A stretch of DNA of 64,000 nt from contig OX597819.1 of assembly GCA_951406725.2 (NCBI GenBank), positions 106,950,001 through 107,014,000 on the forward strand, given 5' to 3'. This document shows positions 11,853 through 26,145 of this stretch, piece by piece; within the stretch, counting starts at the first letter, position 1; each line of letters opens with the position of its first letter. Under the pieces are notes generated by a model. It was not told the origin of the DNA. It ran no database searches and saw only the letters and a program-made list of their open reading frames with translations. A program made the translations under genes and the position numbers. This DNA is from Octopus vulgaris (Eukaryota).

Positions 11853-12992
11853 ATCTGACAGACAGATCTCAACATGTTGTAGTTGAAGGGGTAAAATCAA
11901 GCCCAGCCAAAGTCAGTAGTGGCGTTCCGCAAGGCACTGTGCTGGGCCCACTTCTTTTCATCATTTACATTAATGACATTAATGACATCATCAAGCACAG
12001 CAACATAAAAATCTTTGCAGATGACTCCAAGATACAGAAGGTCATAAATGAGGCGAGTGACCGGACATGCCTTCAGTCAGATCTACTGGCTGTTATCCAA
12101 TGGGCAGAAAAAAACAATATGCTGCTGAACGAGGATAAATTTGAGCTAATCCACTTTGGAAAAGAGGATGCCCTGAAACTCCCATACTCCCTTCCTTCAG
12201 GTGAAACTCTCGCGGCGTCCAACAACATCAGAGACTTGGGAGTAATTGTGGACAACAACGTAAGCTGGGCCACTCATATAAACACCAAAGTTGACATGGC
12301 CCGCAGAATGTGTTCCTGGATTCTCAGAACTTTCCAGTCGAGAGATATCCACACCATTATCCTTCTTCTCCACTTTTGCCCGACCCCACCTTGAATACTG
12401 TTGTCCACTGTGGTCTCCCCACACAATACAAGGTATCAAAAAAGTCGAAGCACCTCAAAGGGCAATCACAAAAAAGATAGATGGCATGACAGGCCTCGAC
12501 TATTGGGGTCGACTAGAAAAGCTAAAACTCTATTCTCTCCAACGTCGTCGTGAGCGCTACATCATCTGCATGATGTGGAAAATATTCCATCAGCATTGCC
12601 CAAATGATGTTGGCATCACCTTTAAGGTACATCCAAGGCTTGGGCCCCGTGCCATCCGCCCAAAACAAAAATCGCACTCTCATCTCATAACAACAATACG
12701 GCACAATTATTTCACCTCAATTGGCCCCGCTCTCTTTAACATTACACCAAAACACATTAAAACAGAAACTGACCCTATAGGGTTCAAGAAGTCTTTGGAC
12801 AGATTCCTTCAAGAAATCCCGGATAAACCCCCTACACCCGGATATGTCTCTGTAAACAATAACTCTCTACTTGAGTGGGCCATAGTGCCCAAATTCTGAC
12901 TTGAAAGACTTCACCAGGTGGTGCTATTAAGTTAGACATGGCCTGGGCCAATAATGGCCGAAACCTATCAAAGTATCAAAGTATCAAAGTAT
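11853..12992 (+). mobile_element. 5'-truncated, young CR1/L2-group LINE (LINE-B): RT core, C-terminus, 3' UTR, (TATCAAAG)3 tail
   Basis: [60 protein letters not shown]; one frameshift near 12365; stop at 12899; flanked by (TA)n. Confidence 0.95.
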
Positions 12993-13147
<155 letters not shown>

Positions 13148-13563
13148 TTTATGGATGATTTCGTCAGTGGGGTACTTTGCATCAGTGACTAATATACCTA
13201 CTAACCTATACAAAATTATAGCTGACAAATCAGGTAGAAGAAAATAATTGGCTCTTCATTGACTGAATTTTAAAAATAATATTTGGTTGCTACAATAGAC
13301 AGGTAGTTAGTTATGTGAGAAAGACTTAAATTGTTGGAACACAGTATCAAAAGAGGGAAGTCACCCAGTTGAATGTGCTTAAACTCGTCTTAGTCTAGTC
13401 CATGTTTGTGGAAAAATTCACACGGAGCAATCATTGACATTCATATATTCAAAGTAATAACCTGAAGTGAATTATACATGATTTTGTATCCCCAACACAA
13501 ACCAATAATCTAAATTTTGATATAAAAATTCTTCACAAGATGTTTTACAGTAAAAAAAGCATT

Positions 13564-13957
13564 GGCGCAGGAGTGGCTGTGTGGTAAGTAGCTTGCTTAC
13601 CATCCTCATGGTTCCAGTTCAGTCCCACTGCGTGGCACCCTGGGCAAGTGTCTTCTACAATAGCTTCGGGCCGACCAAAGACTTGTGAGTGGATTTGGTA
13701 GAGGGAAACTGAAAGAAGCCCGTCGTATATATGTATATGTTTGCGTGTGTGTTTGTCCTCCCCAACATCGCTTGACAACCGATGCTGGTTTGTTTACGTC
13801 CCCGTAACTTAGCGGTTCGGAAAAAGTGATAGATAGAATAAGTACTAGTCTTACAAAGAATAAGTGCTGGTGTCGATTTGCTCGACTAAAGGCGGTGCTC
13901 CAGCATGGCCACAGTCAAATGACTGAAACAAGTAAAAGAGTAAAAGAGAGAAAGAGT
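13564..13957 (+). mobile_element. tRNA-derived SINE family 1 (CORE-like), full length
   Basis: A box TGGCTGTGTGG, B box GTTCAGTCC, CORE-like CCTGGGCAAGTG, internal microsatellite, LINE-like tail with (GTAAAAGA)n; closely similar copies elsewhere in the window. Confidence 0.92.
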
Positions 13958-14147
13958 ATACTTTTTTAATGTTTTGAATCTTGACTGTGGCCATGTTGAA
14001 GCACCGCAGTGAATAATTTACTCCAATTACCGTCTTAAGTCTGGCATTTATTCTAAGTTAGAGCCACAGGGACGGAAAGAAACCAGACGCGGTTGAGAAA
14101 TACAAGGTTGTACATGCGCACACAAGTATACGTGTGTATTTATATAT

Positions 14148-14363
14148 ACTCTTACTCTTTACTCTTTTACTTGTTTCAGTCATTTGACTGCGGCCATGCT
14201 GGAGCACCGCCTTTAGTCGAGCAAATCAACCCCGGGACTTATTCTTTGTAAGCCCAGTACTTATTTTATCGGTCTCTTTTTGCCGAACCGCTAGGTGACG
14301 GGGACGTAAACACGCCAGCATCGGTTGTCAAGCAATGCTAGGGGGACAAACACAGACACACAA

Positions 14364-14414
<51 letters not shown>

Positions 14415-14572
14415 TACGACAGGCTTCTTTCAGTTTCCGTCTACCAAATCCACTCACAAGGCATTGGTCGGCCCGGGGCTATAGCAGAAGACACTTGCCC
14501 AAGATGCCACGCAGTGGGACTGAACCCTGAACCATGAGGTTGGTTAGCAAGCTACTTACCACACAGCCGCTC
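14148..14572 (-). mobile_element. SINE family 1, inverted copy
   Basis: Reverse complement aligns along the length of 13564-13957 and 39301-39754. Confidence 0.92.
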
Positions 14573-15659
14573 ATGTATATATATATACATATATATACAT
14601 GTTTGTGTATCTATCTATACATACACACACAAACACACACACGCACGCACACACACATGCATGAGAAATTTCTATCTAACAATTTCAATCACAACACATC
14701 TGACGTGTTGGGGTCAGTTGCCCGTAATTACACACAGTGTTTCTGACTCCGAAACTGCGCAGTTGCAAAGGGAGTTTGTTACCCACACAGACATGACAGC
14801 ACGTCTGTATATATACCTGCGAGCGATAGGGTGAGATACAGAGATAGATAGATAGATAGAGAGAGAGGTAGAAAGAGAGAGCGATTGTGGGGAAGGGAGA
14901 TACAGAGAAATGGTTGAAGCGTAAATGTTTTTTGCAAGATTAATGCGCGCATGCGTGCGTGTAGTCGAGAGAATATCCCTGTGAGTATAAATACGTAGAG
15001 GCCAATGTATGTATGCCTGTGAAGTCGAATATTTGTATTTTCCATCACCAACAAATACACATCTGTGTGAGTGTGGCTGTGTGTCTGTCATTGTGTCTGT
15101 GCGGCTCTATTTACAGTCGGTATGTTTGAATAGATTTAATTATCTAAAGGTGGATAATGGAAAAACAAGAAGCGAAGAAACTGGAAGAAAACCACTGAAC
15201 CCCTGAAACTTTACATACGAAATTCTAGCTCACAGGAACAAATAGTATTAAGCACAAACGTACACATGAACGCACTGACTCACCTATAAACATACACACA
15301 CAGACGCACATACACACATACACACGCAGACACATAAAGAGAAGTACAAAATCTAAACACAAAGAGAAAGTGGACGCGCAAATCGCAAGAAATAGCACAA
15401 TATTAGACGAAACACGTAGACTCCAACATACACTCTCACATACACTCATACACATTCTGACAAATCAAAATACTGAGAGATTAAAAAAAAGGCTCCAATG
15501 AACGAAACTGCAGATATCGACGAAGGAACTCTAACAAACCAATTCATTGATTGATCAAAGAACTGTTCCAATAATCGATTAGCTAATTGATAAATTAGTT
15601 ACCTAGTTGACAAATATTAACGATTTCTAGTGGCACAATGTAACCTGTTGTTAAGAAAA

Positions 15660-15815
15660 GACGAAACGGCATAGCATAACTCGATACCATTGACCACGGT
15701 GCTTCTCTGGTACTTTACTTGATCTGGCCCAGAATGGTGAAAAACAACGCTGAACTCATTAGTGGGATTCGAACTGAGACCGTTAAATCACATAGTGTTT
15801 TGCCTGCTGCTTTAG
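15660..15815 (-). mobile_element. Degenerate SINE family 2 copy (another at ~35340-35460 minus)
   Basis: CTGGTACTT...GAATGGTGAAAAACAA...GGATTCGAACTGAGAC resembles the reverse complement of 51487-51650. Confidence 0.5.
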
Positions 15816-15987
15816 CAGTTTTGTTACTCCCTTCCCTTTTGTTGCCTAGTAATAAGGGAAAGCGAAATATATGCTGCGATTATGTTTTATCGGCAAATTC
15901 TTCCCAAGTGAAAGGAACTGTTTCAAAATACGATTTCATTTCAAGCATTTTACACAACAAATTCATTATACAGCCACGTACAAGCAC

Positions 15988-16023
<36 letters not shown>

Positions 16024-16437
16024 GTTCTCTATCTCTCACACACATACATAAACACACACGCACACAAACACGCAAAGACATGCATAAACACATACATGAA
16101 ATCAACTAGTTCCTTCCCAAACGTTTAGATACCTTGTGCTTATAGCGCAACGGATCATCAAGGTTAACATGATTTCATAAACAAAGAAAAGAGACAAAAT
16201 ATGACGGAGTAATTGCTGTTTTCATCCAGTCACACGCACGCACATGTACTCCATGAGTTACCTTGTCTCTCTTATTTAAAATTTTCCTACTACTTTCATA
16301 ACGAAATGAATCGTTTTCTAAGCGTATCACAATTTCGCTTATATACTTAGACTGTATACTTTAATTTCAAACGACAGTGTTGTGTATTCAACCTCTCTGT
16401 CTGTCTGCCTGTCTGTCTGTCTGTCTGTCTGTCTCTG

Positions 16438-16470
<33 letters not shown>

Positions 16471-17236
16471 GTGCCTGTCCGTCTGTCTGCCTCTCTCTCA
16501 CACACATATATACACATGTACCCATGCGCCTGCACGCACTCGCGCATGTACAAGCACGTTCATGGAAAATTCCCACATACAAGCACAAGCACGTTCACAT
16601 ACAAAATATATCCAGTAGATTATTTCATATACATTACTAAGCCTACAATTTATTTAAAAAAATGATAGATAAAAGAAATTATGCTAGAATTCTTCTTTTT
16701 AGCGTGAACATTTTTTAAGAAGCCTGTAACATTTTTTAACATGTCGATTTAAATAATAAAATAAAACAGATGCTCTCATATTTTAAGTAGAACGGCAGAG
16801 ATGAAAATGTGCAAAATGTATTAATTGTAAAAAGAAAGATTTTATTTTTATTTTTTATTAATTAAAAACAACATTTCTTTTGAAAGAGAAAAGCATTAGC
16901 GTTAGAATATTTACAGCTGCGACACATTTTTTTTATATATAAATACATATATTTCTTTCACATTTGATGCGCATAAATATTTTTGGCTTACATTGGAAAC
17001 AGTTCGTAGATTAACGTCTTACAATCTAAAAACAGTTTTGCTTAAGCTGCAATTTATTTGGGGTGGAAAATTTATTAACAAAAATAGAAAATGTTTGTAC
17101 AAATTTGTATATACTGTTCATGCACCACCCCGCTTCTCCCACACAGATATGTGCATACGTATATGTGTATATATATGTGTGTCTGAGCATGTATGTGTAG
17201 TGCGTAAACATGGCTGTATATATGTTTGTTCAGATT

Positions 17237-17746
17237 TATTGTGACGTAGCTGCTCGTCTCCAACTACTGTAGTATCGCCACTATTTATGAAGATACTTTT
17301 ATTTACACTATAAATCTGTAGTGACAATAAACACATTACAAAGCAGAGTAAGAACAACGTAACAATCCAACAAACTCTTCACGAACTATACACGAAGCAT
17401 ATTCCTACAAACTACCAAAACGACACCTTACGACTCCCTGCGATTAAGACCTACTCTCTGTCTCACTCAATCCGCTACTATTTATAGTCGTTCGGTCAAG
17501 TCTGTTTTTGCAGGGGGTGTCTTGACTCTCGCCACAACATCTCCCCTTTCGCCATTTGGACTTCCGTTGGAAACGAAATAAATATATTTTTTTCTTTCAT
17601 TCTTTCCAACACCTCTTCCTTTTTGAAATTTTGCATCCCCGGGGAGATCAGTACCTTTTCCGCTTAGGAATTATTTCTAAATGTTCAGTCTGTTTGCGTT
17701 TTCTGTTACTGCACCTTTTAGGCTCGATCTCTTTAGGCTGTTCTTG
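17237..17746 (-). mobile_element. Gypsy-like LTR retrotransposon 3' end: pol tail, PPT, ~300-bp LTR
   Basis: Minus strand: basic tail EPKRCSNRKRKQTEHLEIIPKRKRY* (stop 17648-17650); PPT GAAAGGGGAGA (17550-17540) abutting TGTTGTGGCG; LTR ends CGTCACAATA (imperfect inverted repeat); TATAAATA (~17480) precedes AATAAA (~17300). Confidence 0.75.
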
Positions 17747-18085
17747 TTATTCGATGCACTTGAAAAATCGGTTGAGAGTACCTTGAATTGTCTTCATTTC
17801 CTCAAGGATTCCATTATAAGGAATAAAAGCTTCGTGACAAAATCCCATACTCTTGGATAAGCTTTGAGCATATGGATCCATATCCTCGAACATAGAGATT
17901 ATATTTCAGTATATGCAAATGCTTGCTGCATTTTCTTAATGGTAAAGTGGCGTGGCTCAGGTTCGACTTCCTCTTCTTTATTTTGCTGCTCGTGAAGCTC
18001 TATCAAATCCTCGTTCGTCAGGGGTTACTTGTCTTTTTCAAATAAATCTGTTAACACCTCGTTCAAATCCATTTCCAGGTCTTAT
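17747..18085 (-). mobile_element. pogo/Tigger transposase C-terminal remnant
   Basis: Minus translation PLTNEDLIELHEQQNKEEEVEPEPRHFTIKKMQQAF...FEDMDP...IQGTLNRFFK resembles Tigger1/TIGD1-type C-termini; contains stops and a frameshift. Confidence 0.75.
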
Positions 18086-19431
18086 ACATAAAGTAACTAG
18101 ATTGATTCGTGGTTATTCTACTGAATACTATTATAAAAACTTATTTTACCAAATTACTAGACTAGAAGTGGTAGAATTTAGATGCGTTTAGGCTCTTGCT
18201 CCTGGTCAAGCAGACGTAAACGTACACGTCAATAATAGTTGATTTTCAATTATATACGCGGGCTATTTTTCCCTTATTTATTATTTTTCTTTTTCAAATG
18301 AAGCTATTAAGAAATGCAGGTAAAACAGTGTACAGCAGGCTGCTGGCTGAATACTTTAGATATCCAGAGTGATGATAATAATTATTGAATCGAATCTACC
18401 AAATATCTTAATAAAATTCATAATTAAGTGAGCAACCATGGCTATTATTTACTAATTTGAATTGAATATTAATTTCACAAGAGTCTCATATTTACATTTC
18501 TGCAAAATTATAGCTTTTACCCCGCTTCGATTTATTCGGGTGGTATTCAATATTTACAGTTATGAGGAAATTTGTATAGCTGTAGATATGGTCCAAAAGA
18601 GGTTTGTCGCAAGAATTTCTCATTAAGAATTTATCGTTTTCAAGGATAGCAATTATTTTTATAAATATCTCACTTAAATACTTTCCTTTTCAAAAGCACT
18701 TCTAAATTCACGGTAGAGATAAAGCAAAAATGATTATTTTTAGTTTGACCTAAAAATTAGATGAGGTTATTCTCTTTTACTTTTTGAGATCGTGATTGGT
18801 AAATGTTTTACATTCTTTGTTCTCATGAAAGAAACATATGTTGAAGTAAGTGATTACTAAATGTAAATACAAATACAATATTTTATTAGAAAGTATTTGG
18901 AAGAAATAAAAAGATTGGTGGTAAAGCAGTTATCTATTTTACATCATAAAGCATTTCTCTCTCCCCCACTCTCTTTATATATATAAATGTATGTACGCAT
19001 ATATAAATGCATATATCCATGCATGTGTACAAGTGTACCTATCTCTATATATGTGGAAATAAACACATGCATACACGCATATGTATGTATATATATATAT
19101 AGAGAGAGAGACATACACATATATACATAAATATATATTCATATATATATATAGACATATAGATATATATACATATATATACATACATATATATACATAT
19201 ATATATATACATATATAAATATGCGTGTATATACATGCATATATATATATACGCATGTGTGTGCGTGCGTTGTATGGTGTACGAATGGATGCGTCTGTAT
19301 CATCGTTGAATGCATCCATTTCATGAATGGTCGAAATTGCTCTTCTGTTGCTGAAATATTACGGAAAGGAAGGCGAGCAAACCAAGGATACACACTATTC
19401 TCTACTTTTCTTTCTCTCCCTTTCTCTTTCG

Positions 19432-19519
<88 letters not shown>

Positions 19520-19838
19520 TTCACCCTCTCTCTCTCTCTCTCTCTGTCTCTCCGTACACACACGACCAAAGATTTACATTCTCAGAATAGTTTCACCACA
19601 TATAATTTTCCTTTTCTTTCTCTACATACACACTTGTCTTCTAACAAGCATGTAGGGGCAATGTGGATACTTTGACCCCACCTAGAATAATGTTCGTTGC
19701 ATGAATGCCTAGAAATTACTTTATATTACTGGGTTAAGATTTCTTATTAGTTCGTGTTTCCATGGCCCAGAAACATAACAAAATAATGGAACATATTCAC
19801 AAAAAAACGTAAGTTTAAACTTACATGAACTTATATAC

Positions 19839-19897
<59 letters not shown>

Positions 19898-22691
19898 CAT
19901 ATATATATATAGGACCAGGAATGGATGTGTAGTAAGTATTCGGTCTATTGTGTTTACATATTATTGAGGATTTCATTGGGACATTCTGTCAGAACTCCCT
20001 TTTATCTTTAGTGGCATCCACCTACTGTGGGTTCTATGTATGTATGTATGTATGTATGTATGTATGCATTTATGCATGTATGAACGTCTCGACCACGGTC
20101 GAACAATGATGATGATGATGTATGAACGTGTATGTATGTCGTTCTGACTGGCTGTCTGTCTGTCTGTCTGTCTGTATGTATGTATGTTAGTGTATGAGTG
20201 TGCATGTCTGTCTGTATGTATGTATTTCTTTGTTTCACGCCGGGATAGTCGCCTGAAATGTGATCCAACATAGTTCTGATGCCGCCTAATGTTGAAAATC
20301 ATACTACATCTCTTTCTGCCAAAAGTAAGGGTATTTATTTAATAAATAATAATCAATGAAAATAATAACCTGATTAATTTCTGAGATTGATACCACCGAC
20401 TAAAACATATAGAGACGATGCCGAATTATGTCCTTACTCGAATATACAGAAAATGAATAGAAGGGTGTTCCCCCTGGAAATATTTCGACTAGCCTTCTTA
20501 AGATTCGTGCACTGTTTCAGTAGAGCAGAGACCGGAGCAAATTTTATTTTTCCCACGTCATTTAGTTCCATTTAGTAACCATGAGCTAATCCGTGTGTGG
20601 AAGCACACCATATTTACCGAAACACTTCATTCTGACCCAGGCTTAAATTTCTTTGTTGTCCGTTTGGTCATACAAAATGTTTCTTCATATCATTTAAAGA
20701 CGGTGTAATCATGTTTTCTGAAGCCTAGGTTTTTAAATGTCGTCTGCTGAAGTTTTAAGTAAAGACAAACTTTACGTTCTTTCGCTTTTACTATCTGTAG
20801 AACCGAAAGATATGCCATTTTAATGATAATATATATTTGTACCACTGGTGTGCTAAGGTAAGAATTAGGCAACAGTTATTTAAAGCTACGTGTAGTTATT
20901 CCAAGCAAGTAAATTTAGAGGTGAAATGTTAATGTGAATAATGTTAGACGAATACTTAATTCTGTTGTTCTAAAGACCGGGTAATTCATTAGAAATCTGA
21001 AATTCTAGAATCCTTTCTTCTACAATTCTTCACCTTGCCTTTTTGGGACACTGAAGTATGTGTTCTACTGAATTGCGTGACCTTTGGAGCAACATAATTA
21101 AAGGTATTCTTCAACCTTTCACCTGATCTCAATTCAATAACTATATGCCACTTTAACGACAAATAACAATTTCGAATTGAATACACTGCTGAGAGAAATA
21201 TAATTTTCTGTTATCACAACATTTCTAAATGCTGAAGATGTTAGATTTGATACATGTCCATAGGGAAGAAAATAGAGGAACATTTTATAAATATATACGC
21301 AAGAGATTAATTAATAAATATATACGCAATAAAATATTATCTTAATGAGAAAGAAATGAAGATTCATTTAAGAATTGTAAATATAGAAAAAAGAAAGGAA
21401 GAATAAAATTGGACGCAGCATTGTTTTAAAATCTATGACACAATTCACAATGTAGTACTTCTTAAAGGGCTTCCAGAAATGCGCTTAGTTTATAAAATAG
21501 ATTGAAAAATAATTAATGTTTGGAATGTTTAGCTACAAGAAAGCCTATAAGCCAAGTTGCTAAAAGTAACTAATTAACCTTTCTCGTTCCAGACTCTGCG
21601 TTCTTAAAATAGTCAAAATGTTTTATTATTCTCCTAGATACTCTGGATAAAAAAGTATCTCATACGTCTGCCTAGATTCGAACTCATCTGTAAGAAACAA
21701 CGTAAAGATAGTTTTCTTTTATCCAACGCTTGGCTCAATTGAACAAATTGCTGGCTAATATATTTCAGCTATTTACATTCTATCTTTGATTCAGGAAATC
21801 TCTATTCGACACTACAATATTTAATGCTCTGGTATTTATTCTTAAAAGTACGGTTGAGATACGAGTGAATTCAGCTATCACGTTAAGCGGGTCGAACCAG
21901 TACACTTTCTCAGTGTCATGTAAGTCTAATCCATACATACTTTTGTAGATACATTCATGCATGCATGTATGTTGCTGTCCAAACGAGCAACTGAATATGA
22001 GGTAAAAGAGTAGTTATATTACTTAAGGAGTATTATACATTTAGTCACAAAACAGCAGAATTATGTTACTGAACTGTTTCTTTCCTGTTAAGAGATTTTC
22101 GTATTGTAGAAAGGTTAATTAACAGGCATTCGACGTGGCTGAAGATAAATTATAAGTGCAAACACCGAAACCGATGCGCGAACCTTTTATCGATCAAATC
22201 ACTGATTAAAAGGAGCTTTTTTTTTAGATTGTTAAAGTGAGCTTCTTGCACTTTTCTATAGAAAATACTTTTTGAGATAAATCATATAATTGTTCACAAA
22301 AAGTATAAACATTTAAAAATATGTTGCAGCTTAAATCAAGAAATAGAGGTGATAGAAGATAAGGAGAAGATGGAGGAGCAGAAACCGGGCTAAGGATGAT
22401 TGAGAGAGAAGGACGAACAACAACGAAAAGATGCAATTATGGCAAACGAAAGGGAAATAAATTAATACAGGGGAAAAAGTTATTGAAATGAAAAGATAAC
22501 AAGATAAAGATGAGGACAGCAAATACGATGATTCCATTTCAATAAATAATAAAAATGGTATAATCAAATTCAAACTAAGGGTAGAAATGTATAAATAAAT
22601 GATACACACACATACAAATACAGAGACATGTACATATGAACAGATACTTATATATTAGGTAGTAGGGTGGGCATATCACTATTATTATTTT

Positions 22692-22692
<1 letters not shown>

Positions 22693-22772
<80 letters not shown>

Positions 22773-22806
22773 GAGTAGTAGGAGTAGTAGGAGTAGTAGT
22801 AGTAGT
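22693..22806. repeat. (AGT)n microsatellite
   Basis: Direct reading. Confidence 0.95.
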
Positions 22807-23085
22807 AATATCAGCAGCAGCAGTTATATAGTTTCTTGATAGTCGGTCAAAGTTCTTACGAACAGCTTTACGCCAAATAAAGAGGCAACTTTAGGAAAGA
22901 CTTGATAGGAGTGAAACTAAACTTATGTTTTTGTTAAGACATGTCTGAAGATTGTCGCATTTGCCTTTCCATATTTGGCATGGAACCGTTATACACACAC
23001 ACAATCACACACAAACATACAAACATATATACATATATATATATATAAATACATATACACGTGTGTGTGAGTGTGTGTGTGTGCG

Positions 23086-23144
<59 letters not shown>

Positions 23145-23173
23145 GAATATATATATATATGTATATATATATG

Positions 23174-23239
<66 letters not shown>

Positions 23240-23258
23240 TATATACATATATATATAT

Positions 23259-23470
23259 AAATTTAATCTAAACAAGAAAGCACACAAAAAACACAACAAT
23301 GCGAGGACGTGGAACAAATATAGTATTATTGGACGCTCAGGAGAGAAGGAAAGAAGGAGGGTTTAACGTTTCGAGCGGAGCTCTTCGTCGGAAACATAGG
23401 AGAAGGAAAGATCCAGAGAAGGGAAGACAGAGGGAAAAAAATCGCCAACGGTACACACGAGGTCACATTA
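23259..23470 (-). mobile_element. Solo Penelope-like pseudo-LTR with hammerhead-like motif (23361-23395)
   Basis: Minus strand GTTT-CCGACGA-A-GAGC tcc GCTC-GAAACGTT-AAAC, then CCTGAGCGT..TAATAC and a T-rich end into (TA)n; same layout as 2810-3065. Confidence 0.7.
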
Positions 23471-24462
23471 CATATATACATATATATATAGTGATTTCTA
23501 TTTCATAATATATTCATTACTATGAACATGCTTAGCAAATAGTTGTATCGGTTATATAAGCAGTTACATTAATCCCACTATTCGACTGGTGCTTTATTCA
23601 AACTCTATCTTGAAAAAGAGAGGAGGCTAAATGTTACATTTTGCCTATTACTCTGTCACTTCTTCGAAGTGGCAAACGAAATTTTGATTGTTAACACAGA
23701 TTGCAATGTTACATAACAGTATTGTATATTGTAATATAAGCACCAGTAATCGACAAACAATCTTTTTATGGAACTTGGAATAATGTCTGCGGGTTTAAAG
23801 CTTAGTATGTAAGGGGACAAACTAAAAACAAGACATTTTGCCTATTGAATATAAGGCAATAATCTAACCAGCTTTTATTAGTTTCCACCGTTAACACATG
23901 GCAAGAAAATTGGGGGTTGGGTTATGTATTCACTTATATTGAAATTAATAGGTGACTGTTACTTCATATTTTCGAGTCTCTGAACGATGCAAGATAAATA
24001 AACCTCTGCAGTATCAGAATTGAGAACCTGAAGGGCCGTAATTAAACAGCACATCACCTTTTTATTTGTTGCTCTACAGTTTCGCCAATCCATCCCTATT
24101 TTCAAAGTTATTGTTAGAGTTATATTTCAATTCTGTTGAATAGCTAAACCGAAAAAGCAGAAATAAATGTCTTTCTCATGAATACATTCGTCACGGTTCT
24201 TTTATCCTACATTTGAAACACACACACCAAAGAGTCCGTAGCTGTTTACCTACGCTTCTGTTTTCTTTCCCCTTTTAGTATCTTTATTTAATTGATTTTT
24301 ACTCGATCGTGTCGTTCAAACTTCATTACACATCGTTTGTGTTGTGCTAACTATTTGGCCATCGCATGCTCAAAATACAAACAATTACACATGTATATGT
24401 AGAATGTAATATAAATATTGCTCTCTTCTCTCACTCGAACGCATCTCTCTCTCTATGCCAGA

Positions 24463-24531
<69 letters not shown>

Positions 24532-26102
24532 GGCTATTAACATACGCACACATATATAAGTTAGACACTAATATTTCTTTGATAATTTTTACTATGTAAC
24601 AAATCTTCGGATTGCTGCACTGCATTAAATGAATAAAAGGCTGAATGTATTGATACTCTACGGAACGTAACTTAAGTAGTGAACTCGCGATTGTCCATGC
24701 AGTGAACCATATATTGGTTCGTTGGAAACTTAAAGCAAACACCGCCATTGCTCGCAACTACATGTTATAAATATATTACATTGTAAATCAATTCAAGTTG
24801 CGTCAGAACTTATCTACACTTTTCTGCTTTCGTTTACAATATCGAGAAATTATTCTCAATAAAAAGAAAAAGAGAATAAAGAAAGAAAATATAAAATTAA
24901 TAATAGTTCTGGTTAAATATTAAATTCAGAATAAAAGTATTTATCGTTTGTTAATGAAAAAATTTAAAGCTTTTTAACAAATTAAAAGTTTTCGTTCGTG
25001 CAAACCTTTATTTGCTTCAAGACTATTTTAATCATCGTATTGAAAATTTCTCTGCTTGAACACAATTGACACAACTTTCCTTCATCTGTAAATGTAGCTG
25101 AAATAAAATACAAAGTAAAATATTACTTATCGTATGATTAAACCAAGCCAATATATAACACTATAGAATAGGAATGTGTTAGACACTGAGTATTTGTAAT
25201 AGTAAAGCCTGTATTTGCAGGGAGTATACATACATGTGTAGTTAACAAAAAAAAATACAAAAATGTTTTCAATATTCGATCTAACTACGAATAAAATTGA
25301 GAAGGTCTCTACTTCCAGTGCCTAGGCTCGATCAATGCGTTTTCATTGAAATTTAGTCAACGGAAACTGTGCGGAAGTTTGTCTACTAGACTGCGGGTTC
25401 AAATATTCCCGTGGGAAACAAATTGAAACTTTGTGGAATATAATGGCAAACCACCGCTCGTTTGTGAAAAGAAAGTAAACCTGGATTGTCACAGAATAAT
25501 CAGACTTGATGCTTGCATTCTTAATATTACAATAGGTATTGATTCCTATTGAAATTAAGTATTCTATTGAATAAATGCAAAAGTTACGATGGTAGAGACA
25601 TTTTCTTACACACATTCTTAACGTATTCCGCCTGCAAATGGAATCAAACAATACGATGAGTAGCGTGTATCTGAAGTATACATGGAATGGTGACAATAAG
25701 ATTATAAAACGGCAACGGGTGAGCCAAACCGATTCTTATTGGACCACTATTGTTACAATTCCCAGGAATTCATCGCTGTATTAGACGTGTAGGAGTCGCT
25801 TAAAATTAAATATTTTAATATGCTCTTCATTTTATGGATTAAGTATTTTGTTTTTGTTGTGATTTCTCTCGGTTCTAGCGGAATCTTTAACTATAAAATG
25901 TGTGTTATATGTAGTAAGGGAGGATGTCTATTGAAATTATAGCATTCTAAAAAGTACAATGTTGTTACATAAATTGCCTTGTTTTACCTCCCAAATACCT
26001 TACCGTAAAATATTTACCAGACTGAAATATGTATTAACGTTGCGATTTTCAACTTCAAAACTTTTAAATGTAATGCCTTAGTCCACAGTGTGAAACAACT
26101 AA

Positions 26103-26145
<43 letters not shown>

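Noticed and set aside
11465-11886. Long [16 protein letters not shown] ORFs here and throughout the track
   Set aside because: Stop-free translations of dinucleotide microsatellites; no coding signal.
11507-12394. 295-aa ORF as a novel fusion protein
   Set aside because: The N-terminal part is (TA)n read-through into a 5'-truncated LINE RT.
13564-13640. tRNA genes at A/B-box sequences
   Set aside because: They are SINE heads continuing into repeated bodies; no full cloverleaf.
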